DNA of 64,000 nucleotides from Eledone cirrhosa (taxonomy: Eukaryota), in assembly GCA_964016885.1 (NCBI GenBank), contig OZ024743.1:354950001-355014000 (forward strand), in the 5' to 3' direction. The translations under genes and the position numbers were made by a program. Positions 50,795 to 62,387 of the stretch are shown piece by piece (positions within the stretch are counted from its first letter, which is position 1; every line of letters begins with the position of its first letter). Below the pieces are notes generated by a model that was given only the letters and a program-made list of their open reading frames with translations, did no database searches and had not been told where the DNA came from.

Positions 50795-52888
50795 TTACCG
50801 TACTTTTGGTAGAGGAGGGATGGTTTTTACATCCCTTTTCACTTGATCGTCTGGTGAAGGGACCGTTGAATCGTCCCTTCGGCTGGTCGTCGGCTCTTCT
50901 AAGAGAATGTCTGAATATACTCTTCGATTAATGGTTCCTCCTAGGTCCCTGAAATCACCAACTGCGTTGGGGAATTTCGTTTTAATGTTTGTGTATTGTT
51001 TCTGTGCTATTTTTAGCAGTCTTATGTTAGTTGGCGTTTTGATTGGTGCTGGTATTATGTAGTCCTGTTGTGAAATGTCTGTGTGTTCAATTATGTAAGT
51101 CATTAGTTTCTTGTTGTGTGTGTTTATTGCCGTGCATTTGTTTTTCTGGGGGTGGGGTGTGGTTCTGCTATTTTCTTGTCGTTGTTGCTGGGTGTGTGTG
51201 TTTTGTTGTTGTGTTTGCGATGTTGGTGCTTGTGGTGGTGGTGTTGAAGGTGTTGTTGGCGGTGGGGTTGTCGCCGGTGGTGATGGTGGTGCTGGTGTGG
51301 GTGGTGATGGTGTTGGTGGTGTTGCTGCTGTGGGTCTCTTTGCAGTAGACTTTACCCTTTTCTCATTTCTTTCCTCCCTTTTCAAAGGCGACGATGCGCT
51401 GCTTCTGCGTTTGTGCCTTCTTACGACCTTTTGCCATCCCTCTCCCACCTCACACTCCATGTCTGATTCTGTAAGGTCGGGGAGGGGTACCAGCTCCACT
51501 CTTTCACTTGTTGTTGTTGGTGATGTTTGCACTGGAGTCTCTGTTGCAGCTGCATTTGGTATTGCTGTTGTTGTTGTTAATATTTCCACTGCTGCTGCTG
51601 TCTTTGATTTCCGTGGAGTGGGTATGGGTGCCACGGACCTATCGTTCCTGGTTGCCGCTTGTCCTGTTGCTGGTAGCCGTGGAACCGGATTCGGGAGGAG
51701 GGGGGTTTTCTCCTTTCTCATGGTCTTCTCGTTGCAGAAGGCCCTGAGGTGAGTCTTCGATCCACAGCGAAAGCATTTCGGGCGTTTGCCCTCAACACTT
51801 ATGGGCAGTTGAGTGCCGTTATCGAAGTCTATCACATCCGGGATAGCTTCGATGCACTCCTGGTTGGTTTGGATTAGCATCTCAATGGAGGAGCCGACCC
51901 AATCTTCTCTTATTTTTTTCTGTACTTGCAGTACAGTTGTTTTGTCCTCGATTCCGACGAGGACAGACGCGGCCAGCCAAGAAGGGGTCATTCCGGGGGG
52001 GACGTGGGTCAGTTTGACCCTCACAATTTTTTGCCCACAGTAGGAGGGCACCAACACCATTTCCTCGCTCCTTAGGGTCACTACTGATTGGGCCTTTGCC
52101 TCCTGGGGTGTGGCAAAAAGTACGTCTACGGTGGCGTATTTTTTGCCTCGGGTGATGTGCGTTTTCCTCTGCCACACAGACCCCAAGGCTTTTTGTATTT
52201 GGGCCTCTGTGGCTCTTTCCACCCTACGGGATTTTGTACTTACTGTACGGTACGTGACCGTACAGTGCTCTTGGGTTTCGAAAAAATTTTTCGCTGCCTT
52301 GCAGATTGCTCGGTGTCCGTTCTTTGTCACCATCTTCTTCGCTTCCTCTAATTCCTCATTTGTTATGAGGATTGTTTCCAGGTTTTTCGCAATACCTGCA
52401 AATGAGATTGGTTTTTCTCTGCTGTTGTTGTTGTCGTCAGAGCTGCTGGTACTTTTGTTGCTGCAGGTACTACGACTACTGCCTCCGCCGCTGTTGCTGT
52501 GGTTGTTGTTGGTGTTGCTGCTGCTAATGCTGTTGTTGTTTATGCTGCTGGTGATGCTGTTGCGGCTGCTACTGTTGTTTTCATTGTCACTGTTGCTGTT
52601 GTTATTACGGCTGCTACTGCTATTATTCCTGACGTCAGACGAATGAACTGGGTTTTCGTATTTCCCGCACACCTGTTTCGTCGCTGTCGTCGTCGTCGTG
52701 GAGAAACCTTGCACGCTTTGCACGAGACTTTTCTTTTCTTTCGTGGCTTGCGAAAGAGAAGGGAGGGAGAGAGACACATTTAAAGAAGGGAGGGAGAGAG
52801 ACAATCTTCTCTCTGCTGTAGTGATGATTGAGGAAGAAGAAGACGGAATGAGTGGGAGTGACGTATGAAATTTCTTTTTGGTAGCCAT
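50795..52888 (-). CDS. ORF1 (697 aa from MATKKK), copy 3
   Basis: ATG homologous to copies 1 and 2; net +9 aa in the S/N-rich region. Confidence 0.92.
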   Translation of the reverse strand: MATKKKFHTSLPLIPSSSSSIITTAERRLSLSLPSLNVSLSLPSLSQATKEKKSLVQSVQGFSTTTTTATKQVCGKYENPVHSSDVRNNSSSSRNNNSNSDNENNSSSRNSITSSINNNSISSSNTNNNHSNSGGGSSRSTCSNKSTSSSDDNNNSREKPISFAGIAKNLETILITNEELEEAKKMVTKNGHRAICKAAKNFFETQEHCTVTYRTVSTKSRRVERATEAQIQKALGSVWQRKTHITRGKKYATVDVLFATPQEAKAQSVVTLRSEEMVLVPSYCGQKIVRVKLTHVPPGMTPSWLAASVLVGIEDKTTVLQVQKKIREDWVGSSIEMLIQTNQECIEAIPDVIDFDNGTQLPISVEGKRPKCFRCGSKTHLRAFCNEKTMRKEKTPLLPNPVPRLPATGQAATRNDRSVAPIPTPRKSKTAAAVEILTTTTAIPNAAATETPVQTSPTTTSERVELVPLPDLTESDMECEVGEGWQKVVRRHKRRSSASSPLKREERNEKRVKSTAKRPTAATPPTPSPPTPAPPSPPATTPPPTTPSTPPPQAPTSQTQQQNTHTQQQRQENSRTTPHPQKNKCTAINTHNKKLMTYIIEHTDISQQDYIIPAPIKTPTNIRLLKIAQKQYTNIKTKFPNAVGDFRDLGGTINRRVYSDILLEEPTTSRRDDSTVPSPDDQVKRDVKTIPPLPKVR

Positions 52889-53839
52889 GTTTTTTTGTTT
52901 AAAATGAAATTTTGGGTACAAAACCCCAATAACTGGTTATTTAACCCCGAAGGGCCAAATAACGGACAGAAAGACCCCTCTCACGAGGAGGAGGGTGTCT
53001 TTATCAACAATTTGGTTCAAGTTTTAAACAATTTACAATTGTTTTAACGGTTAAAAATTACTATACCTTACAGAGCCGAGCCTCCGTCAACCATGGCATT
53101 CAATAATAATAATAATAATAATAATAATATAAGGCTCAAATATTCAAATATTCAACTTTGTATTGTACACTGTATATCCAAAAAAGAAAATGGCTATAAA
53201 TGGAAGAAGACCCCCCCTCCTCCTCTGTCTACACTATATAGAACAGCCAAACTCACCAACACCAGAAACTAGATACACCACCCACCCCATCACCTGTGTA
53301 CACTAAACCACCACCGCTCACTACGGCCATCATTACAACCATTATCCCATCACCGCCGCCACCACCCCTTCACTCCTTCACTGCTACCACCGCTACAGCA
53401 CCATCACTACAGTAATACGGTCACATCACCGCCACCACTGCCTCGGTATCGACATCACCACCACCACTGTCTCAGTATCGCTACCGCCGCCAGTCTCCCA
53501 CTTCTTCTTTTAGCTGGCTGCTGCCACCACATTATAGAATCCCTACTGCTAAAAAAGAGGAAGGCATCAAAATATATAGATAGACTCAAAAGAAAAAAGA
53601 AAAAACAAACAACAAAACCAAAGCAGCACAGCAACAACAGCAAAAAACGAGAAAAACAAACAGAGAAAAACAAAAACAAAAACAAACAAAAAAACCCCCC
53701 AAAACATAAAGAAAATAAGAATGAAGAGAGAAGCAGGCGGACGGACAGAGAAGAGCGGGGAAAAACTAAAACTTAAAAAACAAAAACTAAGTCAGACATT
53801 CGAACACTACATTACAATGAAACTTATGCTTATTCATTT

Positions 53840-56800
53840 TTGGGGCCCTTTCTGCCTGTGTGTTTGTTTGTTTATGTGTGTTCGTATACAGCGTGGTGAT
53901 AATGCCACACAAGGGCCAAGTGGAATGGCGGATCCACAGATGGATATGTAACCATACATTTGCCAATCCTCGATAAGAATGTTTAAATATCGAACATAAA
54001 CAGTTCGAATAACGGTGAAATGGAGTCTAGAACGTCATGTGACAGACTCTCACCCAACAGGTGCCCCCTGGCTCAGCAGCAGGAACCTGACTCTCAACCA
54101 AATACTGCTGATGTTGGAGGAAGGAGAAGAAGGAAAGGGGCCAGAACCAACTGGACGAAAGAATTGAATAGAACTGTTATGCAATGTTACCTGAAAAGTA
54201 ACCCCAAGGAGAGGGGCTACAGGAGACGGATGCATAACATCTGGAACGAGATTGGTTTATTTAAATTAGATGAACAAAAATTGGCCGGGCAGGCTCGGGT
54301 AATAAGAACTAATGGATGGATAAGCGAGCTGGAACTGGAGGAACTGAGCAGAGAGAATGGCTTGGAGATGGCGGGTGTAGTATGCCAGACAAGCGAGCCA
54401 GTGGGAAATGAAGGTGAAGAGGTCCTGAGAACGGAGGAACCACCCGAAGCAGACAATGATCTGAATACTGAGATAAATAATACCTGGAACAGAGATACGG
54501 CCACTGAGGAGATGAATGCTGACGGGCTAGGACAAGATTCGGTTGACATCCTAAATTTAGTGGTAGATGAATTGAACAATGATAGTGGGAGACCTATGAA
54601 CCTAAGATTTGTAGACAGGAAAAAGTTAAAAGAAACAACAGCTAAGGTAAACAAAGTCATCCCATACCTTGAGGCGAGGAGCCTTCACCAGTGCAACAAT
54701 ATCCTTAAAGCAACAGCAAATACGGTGAGGAAACTACTTGGTATAAAAGCGAGAGGAAACAACAGACAAGAAAGAGCAGAGCCGTGGTGGAAGAAGCGAC
54801 TGAGTGGGCAAATCGGGGAAATGAGAAATGACATAGGAAAGCTTGAGTCACTACTGAATGGGACACTAAAAAACATAGGCACTAAAAATAGACTGGAAAT
54901 AAAATACAAAACTAGGAGTAAAAAGCTAAATATTATCATAGAGGAACTGAAGCAACGCATTGTAGCAAAGAGTGCAAAAATCAGGCGATACGAGAACAGA
55001 GTCAGTCAGTATAAACAGAACCGCATGTTCGACAACAACCAGAAGATGCTGTTTGGACAGCTTGAGGGGAAAGAAAGAGGCAACGACTTGATCCCTGGGG
55101 CGGAGCAAACTAAAACATTCTGGAGAGGAATATGGGAGCAGGATATTAGACACAATGCCCAGGCAGGGTGGATTGAGACAGTACAGAGGGAGATCGGTGA
55201 GCAGGCACAACAACAAACTGAGTTGAGTATCACAGTTGAAACTCTTAAGGGGCAGGCCAAAAAACTAACCAACTGGAAATCACCAGGCCCAGATGGTGTG
55301 CAGGGGTATTGGATTAAACATTTAACATCCCTCCACCCGAAGCTGACGGCCATGTTCAATGACTGCTTGGTGTCGGGTGAGGTGCCAGAGTGGTTGACAA
55401 AAGGTACCACAGTTCTGATAATGAAAGACCGAATCAAGGGTAATGATGTTACCAACTATAGACCTATCACATGTCTGTCCGTAATGTGGAAACTGTTGAC
55501 GAGCATTGTGTCTGAGGAAATCTACCATCACCTCCACACAAACAACTTGTTACCGGACGAACAGAAAGGATGCCGAAAGAAGTCACGTGGTACAAAGGAC
55601 CAGTTGCTTATTGATAAGATGGTAATGGGGAATTGCAGGAGGAGACACACTGATCTTGCCATGGGATGGATAGACTACAGAAAGGCATTTGACATGGTGC
55701 CCCATTCCTGGATCACCAAAAGCCTGGAGATCTTCAAGGTGGCAGATAACATCAGACAGTTGCTAGGCAGGAGTATGGGGTCCTGGGAGACAGAGTTGAC
55801 ATCAACTGGAGTATCCTTGGGAAGCGTGAAGATCAAGAGAGGTATCTTCCAGGGAGATAGCCTGTCCCCTCTGTTGTTTGTCCTTGCCCTGATGCCCTTG
55901 ACCATTATGCTGCGAAAAGTGAGAGCAGGTTACAAGTTGGGAAGGGGAGAGCTTACCATCAATCACCTCCTCTTCATGGACGATCTTAAGCTCTTCGGGA
56001 AAAGTGAGAAGGAGTTGGATGTGCTTGTTGACACTGTCCGTATTTTCAGCAGTGATATATGTATGGAGTTTGGTATTGGTAAATGTGGAGTCATTGTGAT
56101 GAAGAGGGGTAGGTTGAGCAGAAGTAACGGGATCCAGATACCAACAGGTGAGATGATAAAGGAAATTGACTCTGAGGAAGGATACAAGTATTTGGGCGTT
56201 CTGGAGGCTGATGGCATAAAGAACAAAAAAATGAAGGAATTGTTAAGAACTGAATACATTCGGAGAGTAAGGAGCGTATTGAAGTCACATCTGAACAGCA
56301 GAAATGCCATAAGCGCAGTAAATTCCCGAGCTGTGTCTATTATTAGGTACAGTGCGGGAATTCTGAGATGGAATGTTGCTGAACAAAAAGAAATGGATAG
56401 GAAGACTAGGAAGCTATTGACTATCTACAACATGTTCCACAAGAGGAGTGATGTCGATAGACTCTACCTAAGGAGATCTGAGGGTGGAAGAGGTCTTATC
56501 AGCATAGAGGACTGTGTTCAGATGGAGAAAAACAACCTATACAAATACGTGACCTATAGTAAGGAGCCAATGCTCAGAACTGTACTGAAGGAGGGGACAG
56601 TAGGCCAGGGGATGTCCAAGGAGGAAATAACATCAAGGAGGAAGAGCAGCCTTAAGGCAAAATCCCTTCATAGTACCTTCTTTGAGAAAACTGAATTTAG
56701 AGATCCACAGACATGGAACTGGTTGAGAAGAGGAGACCTCAAAAAGGCTACAGAAGGAATGCTAATGGCTGCGCAGGAGCAGGCCCTCAAAACGAAGTGG

Positions 56801-57486
56801 TTGAAGCATCACATTTACAAGGAGGAGGCTAGCCCACTGTGCAGGATCTGTGGAGAGAGAGAGGAGACTGTGGCTCACATTGTGTCCGAGTGTAAACACC
56901 TAGCCCAGACCCACTATAAGGGCTGGAGACACGATGTGATGGGCAGGGTGATCCACTGGCACCTGTGCAAAGTAAACAATTTACCACATTCTGAGAAATG
57001 GTATGAGCATAGGCCAGAGGCGGTGATTGAGAACAATCAGGTGAAGGTGCTGTGGGATTTTAGGATACAGACGGACAAAAAACTGGAACACAATAGACCT
57101 GACCTGGTGGTTGTGGACAAAGAAAAAAGATCGTGTCTGATTGTGGATGTGGCCTGCCCGTTCGACACGAGAGTGCAAGAGAAGGAGAGGGAGAAAATTA
57201 ACCGATACCAGGACCTAAAGTGGGAGGTGAAAAGGATCTGGAACTGCCATGAAGTCAAAGTGATCCCGATTGTCATAGGCGCACTGGGGACTATCTCCAA
57301 AAGTTTCCAGGGATGGTTAAAGAAAATCGGCCCCTTCACGCTTTTTGGAACGCTTCAAAAGGCATGCTTGCTTGGAACAGCAAGAACCCTCCGATACGTC
57401 CTGAATATCTGAGGCTGCAGGTAGTGGCTTGATATTCAATCCAATGGACTTTCCAGTTAACCAACATCAATGACTGAGATTCAAGG
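53840..57486 (+). mobile_element. R4/Dong-clade non-LTR element, family A, apparently full length (5' boundary uncertain)
   Basis: Single intact ORF, 74-nt 3' UTR, then a long (AAT)n tail 57487-57571 followed by (AAG)n. Confidence 0.9.
54020..57412 (+). CDS. RT, CCHC zinc knuckle, restriction-like endonuclease (1130 aa)
   Basis: NWKSPGPDG, YRPITCL, WIDYRKAFD, GIFQGDSLSP, FMDD, YKYLG; CRICGEREETVAHIVSEC; RHD; RPDLVV...IVDVACP...EKINRY. Confidence 0.97.
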   Translation: MESRTSCDRLSPNRCPLAQQQEPDSQPNTADVGGRRRRKGARTNWTKELNRTVMQCYLKSNPKERGYRRRMHNIWNEIGLFKLDEQKLAGQARVIRTNGWISELELEELSRENGLEMAGVVCQTSEPVGNEGEEVLRTEEPPEADNDLNTEINNTWNRDTATEEMNADGLGQDSVDILNLVVDELNNDSGRPMNLRFVDRKKLKETTAKVNKVIPYLEARSLHQCNNILKATANTVRKLLGIKARGNNRQERAEPWWKKRLSGQIGEMRNDIGKLESLLNGTLKNIGTKNRLEIKYKTRSKKLNIIIEELKQRIVAKSAKIRRYENRVSQYKQNRMFDNNQKMLFGQLEGKERGNDLIPGAEQTKTFWRGIWEQDIRHNAQAGWIETVQREIGEQAQQQTELSITVETLKGQAKKLTNWKSPGPDGVQGYWIKHLTSLHPKLTAMFNDCLVSGEVPEWLTKGTTVLIMKDRIKGNDVTNYRPITCLSVMWKLLTSIVSEEIYHHLHTNNLLPDEQKGCRKKSRGTKDQLLIDKMVMGNCRRRHTDLAMGWIDYRKAFDMVPHSWITKSLEIFKVADNIRQLLGRSMGSWETELTSTGVSLGSVKIKRGIFQGDSLSPLLFVLALMPLTIMLRKVRAGYKLGRGELTINHLLFMDDLKLFGKSEKELDVLVDTVRIFSSDICMEFGIGKCGVIVMKRGRLSRSNGIQIPTGEMIKEIDSEEGYKYLGVLEADGIKNKKMKELLRTEYIRRVRSVLKSHLNSRNAISAVNSRAVSIIRYSAGILRWNVAEQKEMDRKTRKLLTIYNMFHKRSDVDRLYLRRSEGGRGLISIEDCVQMEKNNLYKYVTYSKEPMLRTVLKEGTVGQGMSKEEITSRRKSSLKAKSLHSTFFEKTEFRDPQTWNWLRRGDLKKATEGMLMAAQEQALKTKWLKHHIYKEEASPLCRICGEREETVAHIVSECKHLAQTHYKGWRHDVMGRVIHWHLCKVNNLPHSEKWYEHRPEAVIENNQVKVLWDFRIQTDKKLEHNRPDLVVVDKEKRSCLIVDVACPFDTRVQEKEREKINRYQDLKWEVKRIWNCHEVKVIPIVIGALGTISKSFQGWLKKIGPFTLFGTLQKACLLGTARTLRYVLNI

Positions 57487-57495
57487 AATAACAAC

Positions 57496-57603
<108 letters not shown>

Positions 57604-57630
57604 AAGAAGAAGAAGAAGAAGAAGAAGAAG

Positions 57631-59674
57631 ATTGTCATAATAGACACAAAAATCTATCGATTGCTTGGATAGATTATAAAAAAGCATTCGATAGTTTGCC
57701 ACACAGTTGGATTGAAAAATGTTTAGAGATTTTCAAAATATCCCCCGTTGTCAGGAGGTTTTTGTCATTCAGTATGAAGACATGGAAAACGACACTGCTT
57801 TTTAATAGTGAAACAAAATCACTGGAAGCTGGAGAAGTTAATATTAATTGTGGAATTTTTCAGGGTGACTCTTTATCACCGCTTTTATTCTGCATCGCGC
57901 TTATACCATTAAGTAAATTGCTCAATGAAACAAAACATGGATACAAAGTCTATGACAAAACCATTAATCACCTGTTCTACATGGATGACCTGAAACTATT
58001 TGCAAAAAAATGATGAACAATTGCAAGGGCTATTATCCACTGTGGAGCAGTTCAGTGATGACATTAAAATGGAGTTTGGACTAGATAAATGCGCCAAAGC
58101 AACATTCACCAGAGGAAAGCTGCTGAAGAGTTCAGACATTAATCTTGATCGGGGGAACGTGATAAGAGAACTTGATCAAGAAAAAACTTACAAATATCTA
58201 GGTGTTTGTGAAGGAGACGGAATCAAGCACTCGACAATGAGGGAAAGGATAAGGACGGAATGTTACCGCAGAGTAAGAGCAATCTTAAGAACGGAATTGA
58301 ATGCAAGGAATAGGATCGATGCCATAAACACGCTTGCTATACCAGTAGTAACCTACAGTTACAATGTCATCAACTGGTCAAGCACAGAGATCCGTAGGCT
58401 CGATACAAAAATTCTAAAATTCTTAACCATGCACAGAATGCATCACCCTAAGGCAGATATAGATAGAATATATCTCCCTAGGAAAGAAGGAGGACGTGGG
58501 TTAATCCAGTTAGACATTGCGTTGAAAACTGCAACAATTGGATTATCTACATATCTAAGGGAATCACATGATTGGATGATCAAACTCGTTTTGAAACACG
58601 AAAGCATCAAAAGATCATATTCCATTACAAAAGATACACAAAGATACAGTAATGGACTACAAATTTCAGAAGTCCCATTTACTGCTGAAATGGAAAACAC
58701 AGAAAAAGCAAAGCAGGTAAAAGTAACTGCAAAGAAAGAACTGCTACAGAAACTGGCTAAGAAATGGCAAGAAAAGCCTCTGTATGGAAAATACCCAGAG
58801 CGAGCTAACAATCCTGATGTTGACAAAACTTTAACCCATCAGTGGTTGGCATCCTCTGGACTGAAATCGGAGACTGAAGGATTGATTATATCAGCACAAG
58901 ATCAGTGTCTGCCAACAAAAAATTACCAAGCCAACATAATAAAAAATGGGTGCAGCCCATTATGCCGTGTATGCAAAAAACAACCCGAGACCATTGACCA
59001 TATAATTTCAATGTGCAGTCCTATAGCTCCAACCGAATATCTAAACAGGCAGGACAGAGCTGCACAATACATACATTGGATAATGTGTAAGCATTTTAAC
59101 CTGCCCTATCAAAAGAATTGTTGGGAGCATCAACCACCTCCCATACTTGAAAAAGATCACATCTCAATCTTGTGGAACTTTAGCATCCAAACAGACCGAA
59201 AAATAGATGCAAATAGACGTGATATAATATTGAAGGACTTTAAAAAGAGGGTATGCCTGCTAATTGATATGTCTGTTCCAATAGACAAGAATGTATCTAT
59301 AAAAACATTTGAAAAATTGAGCAAGTATAAGGACCTGGAGATAGAAATTGGAAAAATGTGGAAATTGAGAACTAAAACAATACCAGTGGTTGTAGGCGCT
59401 CTGGGAATGATACCTAAGGGGTCTAATGTTTACTTATCGCAGATCCCAGGAAACCCGCGTATAGGAGGAATACAAAAGATAGTACTAATGGAAACTGCCC
59501 ATATACTAAGGAAGATTCTGTCAATATAAGTACATCACAAGTCTAAACACTAAAGATGCATGTGTGAGTATGTATGTTCTTCCTTGAACATGGCGGATCT
59601 TGTTGTCTCTTGAGGTCACTGGTTGTGACTTTGTGATAACTCGTATGAACATAAAGCAAGATAAATGCAACTGT
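57631..59674 (+). mobile_element. R4/Dong-clade family B, 5'-truncated, one frameshift, (TAA)n tail
   Basis: Starts at CHNRHKNLSIAWIDYKKAFD; GIFQGDSLSP, YMDD, CRVC..ETIDHIISMC; A-run frameshift near 58004-58010; RHD->RQD and RPD->RRD changes. Confidence 0.95.
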
Positions 59675-59693
59675 AATAATAATAATAATAATA

Positions 59694-60481
59694 ATTATAT
59701 CAGCACAAGATCAGTGTCTGCCAACAAAAAATTACCAAGCCAACATAATAAAAAATGGATGCAGCCCATTATGCCGTGTTTGCAAAAAACAACCAGAGAC
59801 CATTGACCATATAATTTCAATGTGCAGTCCTATAGCTCCAACCGAATACCTAAACAGGCATGACAGAGCTGCACAATACATACATTGGATAATGTGTAAG
59901 CATTTTGACCTGCCCCATCAAAACAATTGGTGGGAGAATTAACCACCTCCCATACTTGAAAAAGATCACATCTCAATCTTGTGGAACTTTAGCATCCAAA
60001 CAGACCAAAAAATAGATGCAAATAGACCTGATATAATATTGAAGGACTTTAAAAAGAGGGTATGCCTGCTAATTGATATGTCCGTTCCGATAGACAAGAA
60101 TGTATCTATAAAAATATTTGAAAAATTGAGCAAGTATAAAGACCTGGAGATAGAAATTGGAAAAATGTGGAAATTGAGAACTAAGACAATACCAGTGGCT
60201 GTAGGCGCTCTGGGAATGATACCTAAGGGGTCTAATGATTACTTATCGCAAATACCAGGAAACCCGCGTATAGGAGAAATTCAAAAGATAGTACTAATGG
60301 GAACTGCCCATATACTAAGGAAGATTCTGTCAATATAAGTACATCACAAGTCTAAACACTAAAGATGCATGTGTGAGTATGTATGTTTTTTCTTGAACAT
60401 GGCGGACCTTGTTGTCTCTTGAGGTCACTGGTAGTGACTTGGTGATAACTCGTATGAACATAAAGCAAGATAAATGCAACT

Positions 60482-60482
<1 letters not shown>
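59694..60482 (+). mobile_element. R4/Dong family B, second, more truncated copy with (TAA)16 tail
   Basis: Matches 58885-59674; it retains RHD and RPDII but has a stop and an indel. Confidence 0.95.
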
Positions 60483-60530
<48 letters not shown>

Positions 60531-62356
60531 GAGGAGACACACTGGTCTTGCCATGGGATGGATAGATTATAAAAAGGCATTTGACATGGTGTCTCGTTCA
60601 TGGATCACCAAAAGCCTGAAGATCTTCAAGGTGGCAGATAACATCAGACAGTTGTTGGGCAAAAGTATGAAGTCCTGGAGAATCCTTGGGAAGCGTGAAG
60701 ATCAAGGAGGTATCTTCCAGGGTGATAGTCTGTCCCCTCTGTTGTTTGTCCTTGCCCTGATGCCTCTGACCAGTGTACTGCGAAAAGTGAGAGCAGGATA
60801 CAGGTTGGGAAAGGGAGGGCTTACCATCAATCACCGCCTCTTCATGGACGATCTTAAGCTCTTCGGGAAGAGTGAGAAGGAGTTGGATGTGCTTGTTGAC
60901 ACTGTCCGTATTTTAAGCAATGATATATGTATGCAATTTGGTATTAGAAAGTGTGGAGTCATTGTGATGAAGAGGGGTAAATTGAGCAGAAGTAATGGAA
61001 TCCAGGTACCAACAGGTGAGATGATAAAAGAAATTGACTCTGAAGAAGGATACAAGTATTTGGGCGTTCTGGAGGCTGATGACATCAAGAACAAAAAAAT
61101 GAAGGAATTGATAAGAACTGAATACATTCGGAGAGTAAGGAGCGTATTAAAGTCACATCTGAACAGTAGGAATGCCATAAGTGCAGTAAATTCCCGAGCT
61201 GTGTCTATTATTAGGTACAGTGCGGGAATTCTGAGATGGAATGTTGCTGAACAAAAAGAAATGGATAGGAAGACTAGGATGCTATTGACTATCTACAACA
61301 TGTTCCACAAGAGGAGTGATGTCGATAGACTCTACTTAAGGAGATCTGAAGGTGGAAGAGGTCTTATCAGCATAGAGGACTGTGTTCAGATGGAGAAAAA
61401 CAACCTACACAAATACGTGACTGATAGTAAGGAGTCAATGCTCAGAACTGTACTGAAGGAGGGGACAATAGGCCAGGGGATGTCCAAAAAGGAAATAACA
61501 TCAAGGAGAAAGAGCAGCCTTCAGGAAAAATCCCTTCATATTACCTTCTTTGAGAAAAATGAATTTAGAGATCCACAGACATCGAACTGGTTGAGAAGAG
61601 GAGACCTTAAAAAGGCTACAGAAGGAATGTTAATGGCTGCGCAGGAGCATGCCCGCAAAACGAAGTGGTTGAAACACCATATTTACAAGGAGGAGGTTAG
61701 CCCACTGTGCAGGATCTGTGGAGAGAGAGAGGAGAGTGTGGGTCACATTGTATCCGAGTGTAAACACCTAGCCCAGACTCACTATAAGGGCTGGAGACAT
61801 GATGTGATGGGCAGGGTGATCCACTGGCACCTATGCAAAGTAAACAATTTACCACATTCTGAGAAATGGTATGAGCATAAGCCAGAGGCGGTGATAGAAT
61901 ACGATCAGGTGAAGGTGCTGTGGGATTTTAGGATACAGACGGACAAGAAACTGGAACACAATAGACCTGACCTGGTGGTTGTGGATAAAGAAAAAAGATC
62001 GTGCCTGATTGTGGATGTGGCCTGCCCATTCGACAGGAGAGTGCAAGAGAAGGAGAGGGAGAAAATTAACCGATACCAGGACTTAAAGTGGGAGGTAAAA
62101 AGGATTTGGAACTGCCATGAAGTCAAAGTGATCCCGATTGTCATAGGCGCACTGGGGACTATCTCCAAAAGTTTCCAAGGATGGTTAAAGAAAATTGGCC
62201 CCTTCACGCTTTTTGCAACGCTTCAAAAGGCATGCTTGCTGGGAACAGCAAGAACCCTCCGATACGTCCTGAATATCTGAGGCTGCAGGTAGTGGCTTGA
62301 TATTCATTTCAACAAACTTTCCAGTTAACTAACATCAATGACTAAGACTCAAAGAG
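60531..62356 (+). mobile_element. R4/Dong family A, 5'-truncated copy with (TAA)n tail
   Basis: Matches 55639-57486 with scattered substitutions; a 23-nt and a 1-nt deletion restore the frame. Confidence 0.95.
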
Positions 62357-62387
62357 TAATAACAATAATAATAATAATAATAATAAT

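Larger units (their letters stand above)
47077..53101 (-). mobile_element. Full-length Tx1-clade element, copy 3 (6025 bp)
   Basis: Same termini; followed by (AAT)9 at 53102-53128. Confidence 0.97.

Noticed and set aside
34963-53128. CRISPR-like or LTR interpretation of the repeat-spacer periodicity
   Set aside because: The units are 6-kb APE-RT retrotransposons with no LTRs, integrase or cas genes.
53129-53830. Long 5' UTR or extra ORF for the R4 element
   Set aside because: It looks like decayed (CCA)n/(CAA)n host sequence with no credible ORF; element membership cannot be shown from one copy.
60409-62280. 623-aa ORF fusing the family B 3' UTR, poly-Asn and family A RT/RLE
   Set aside because: It has a non-ATG start, (AAT)n is simply stop-free in that frame, and the RT N-terminus is missing.
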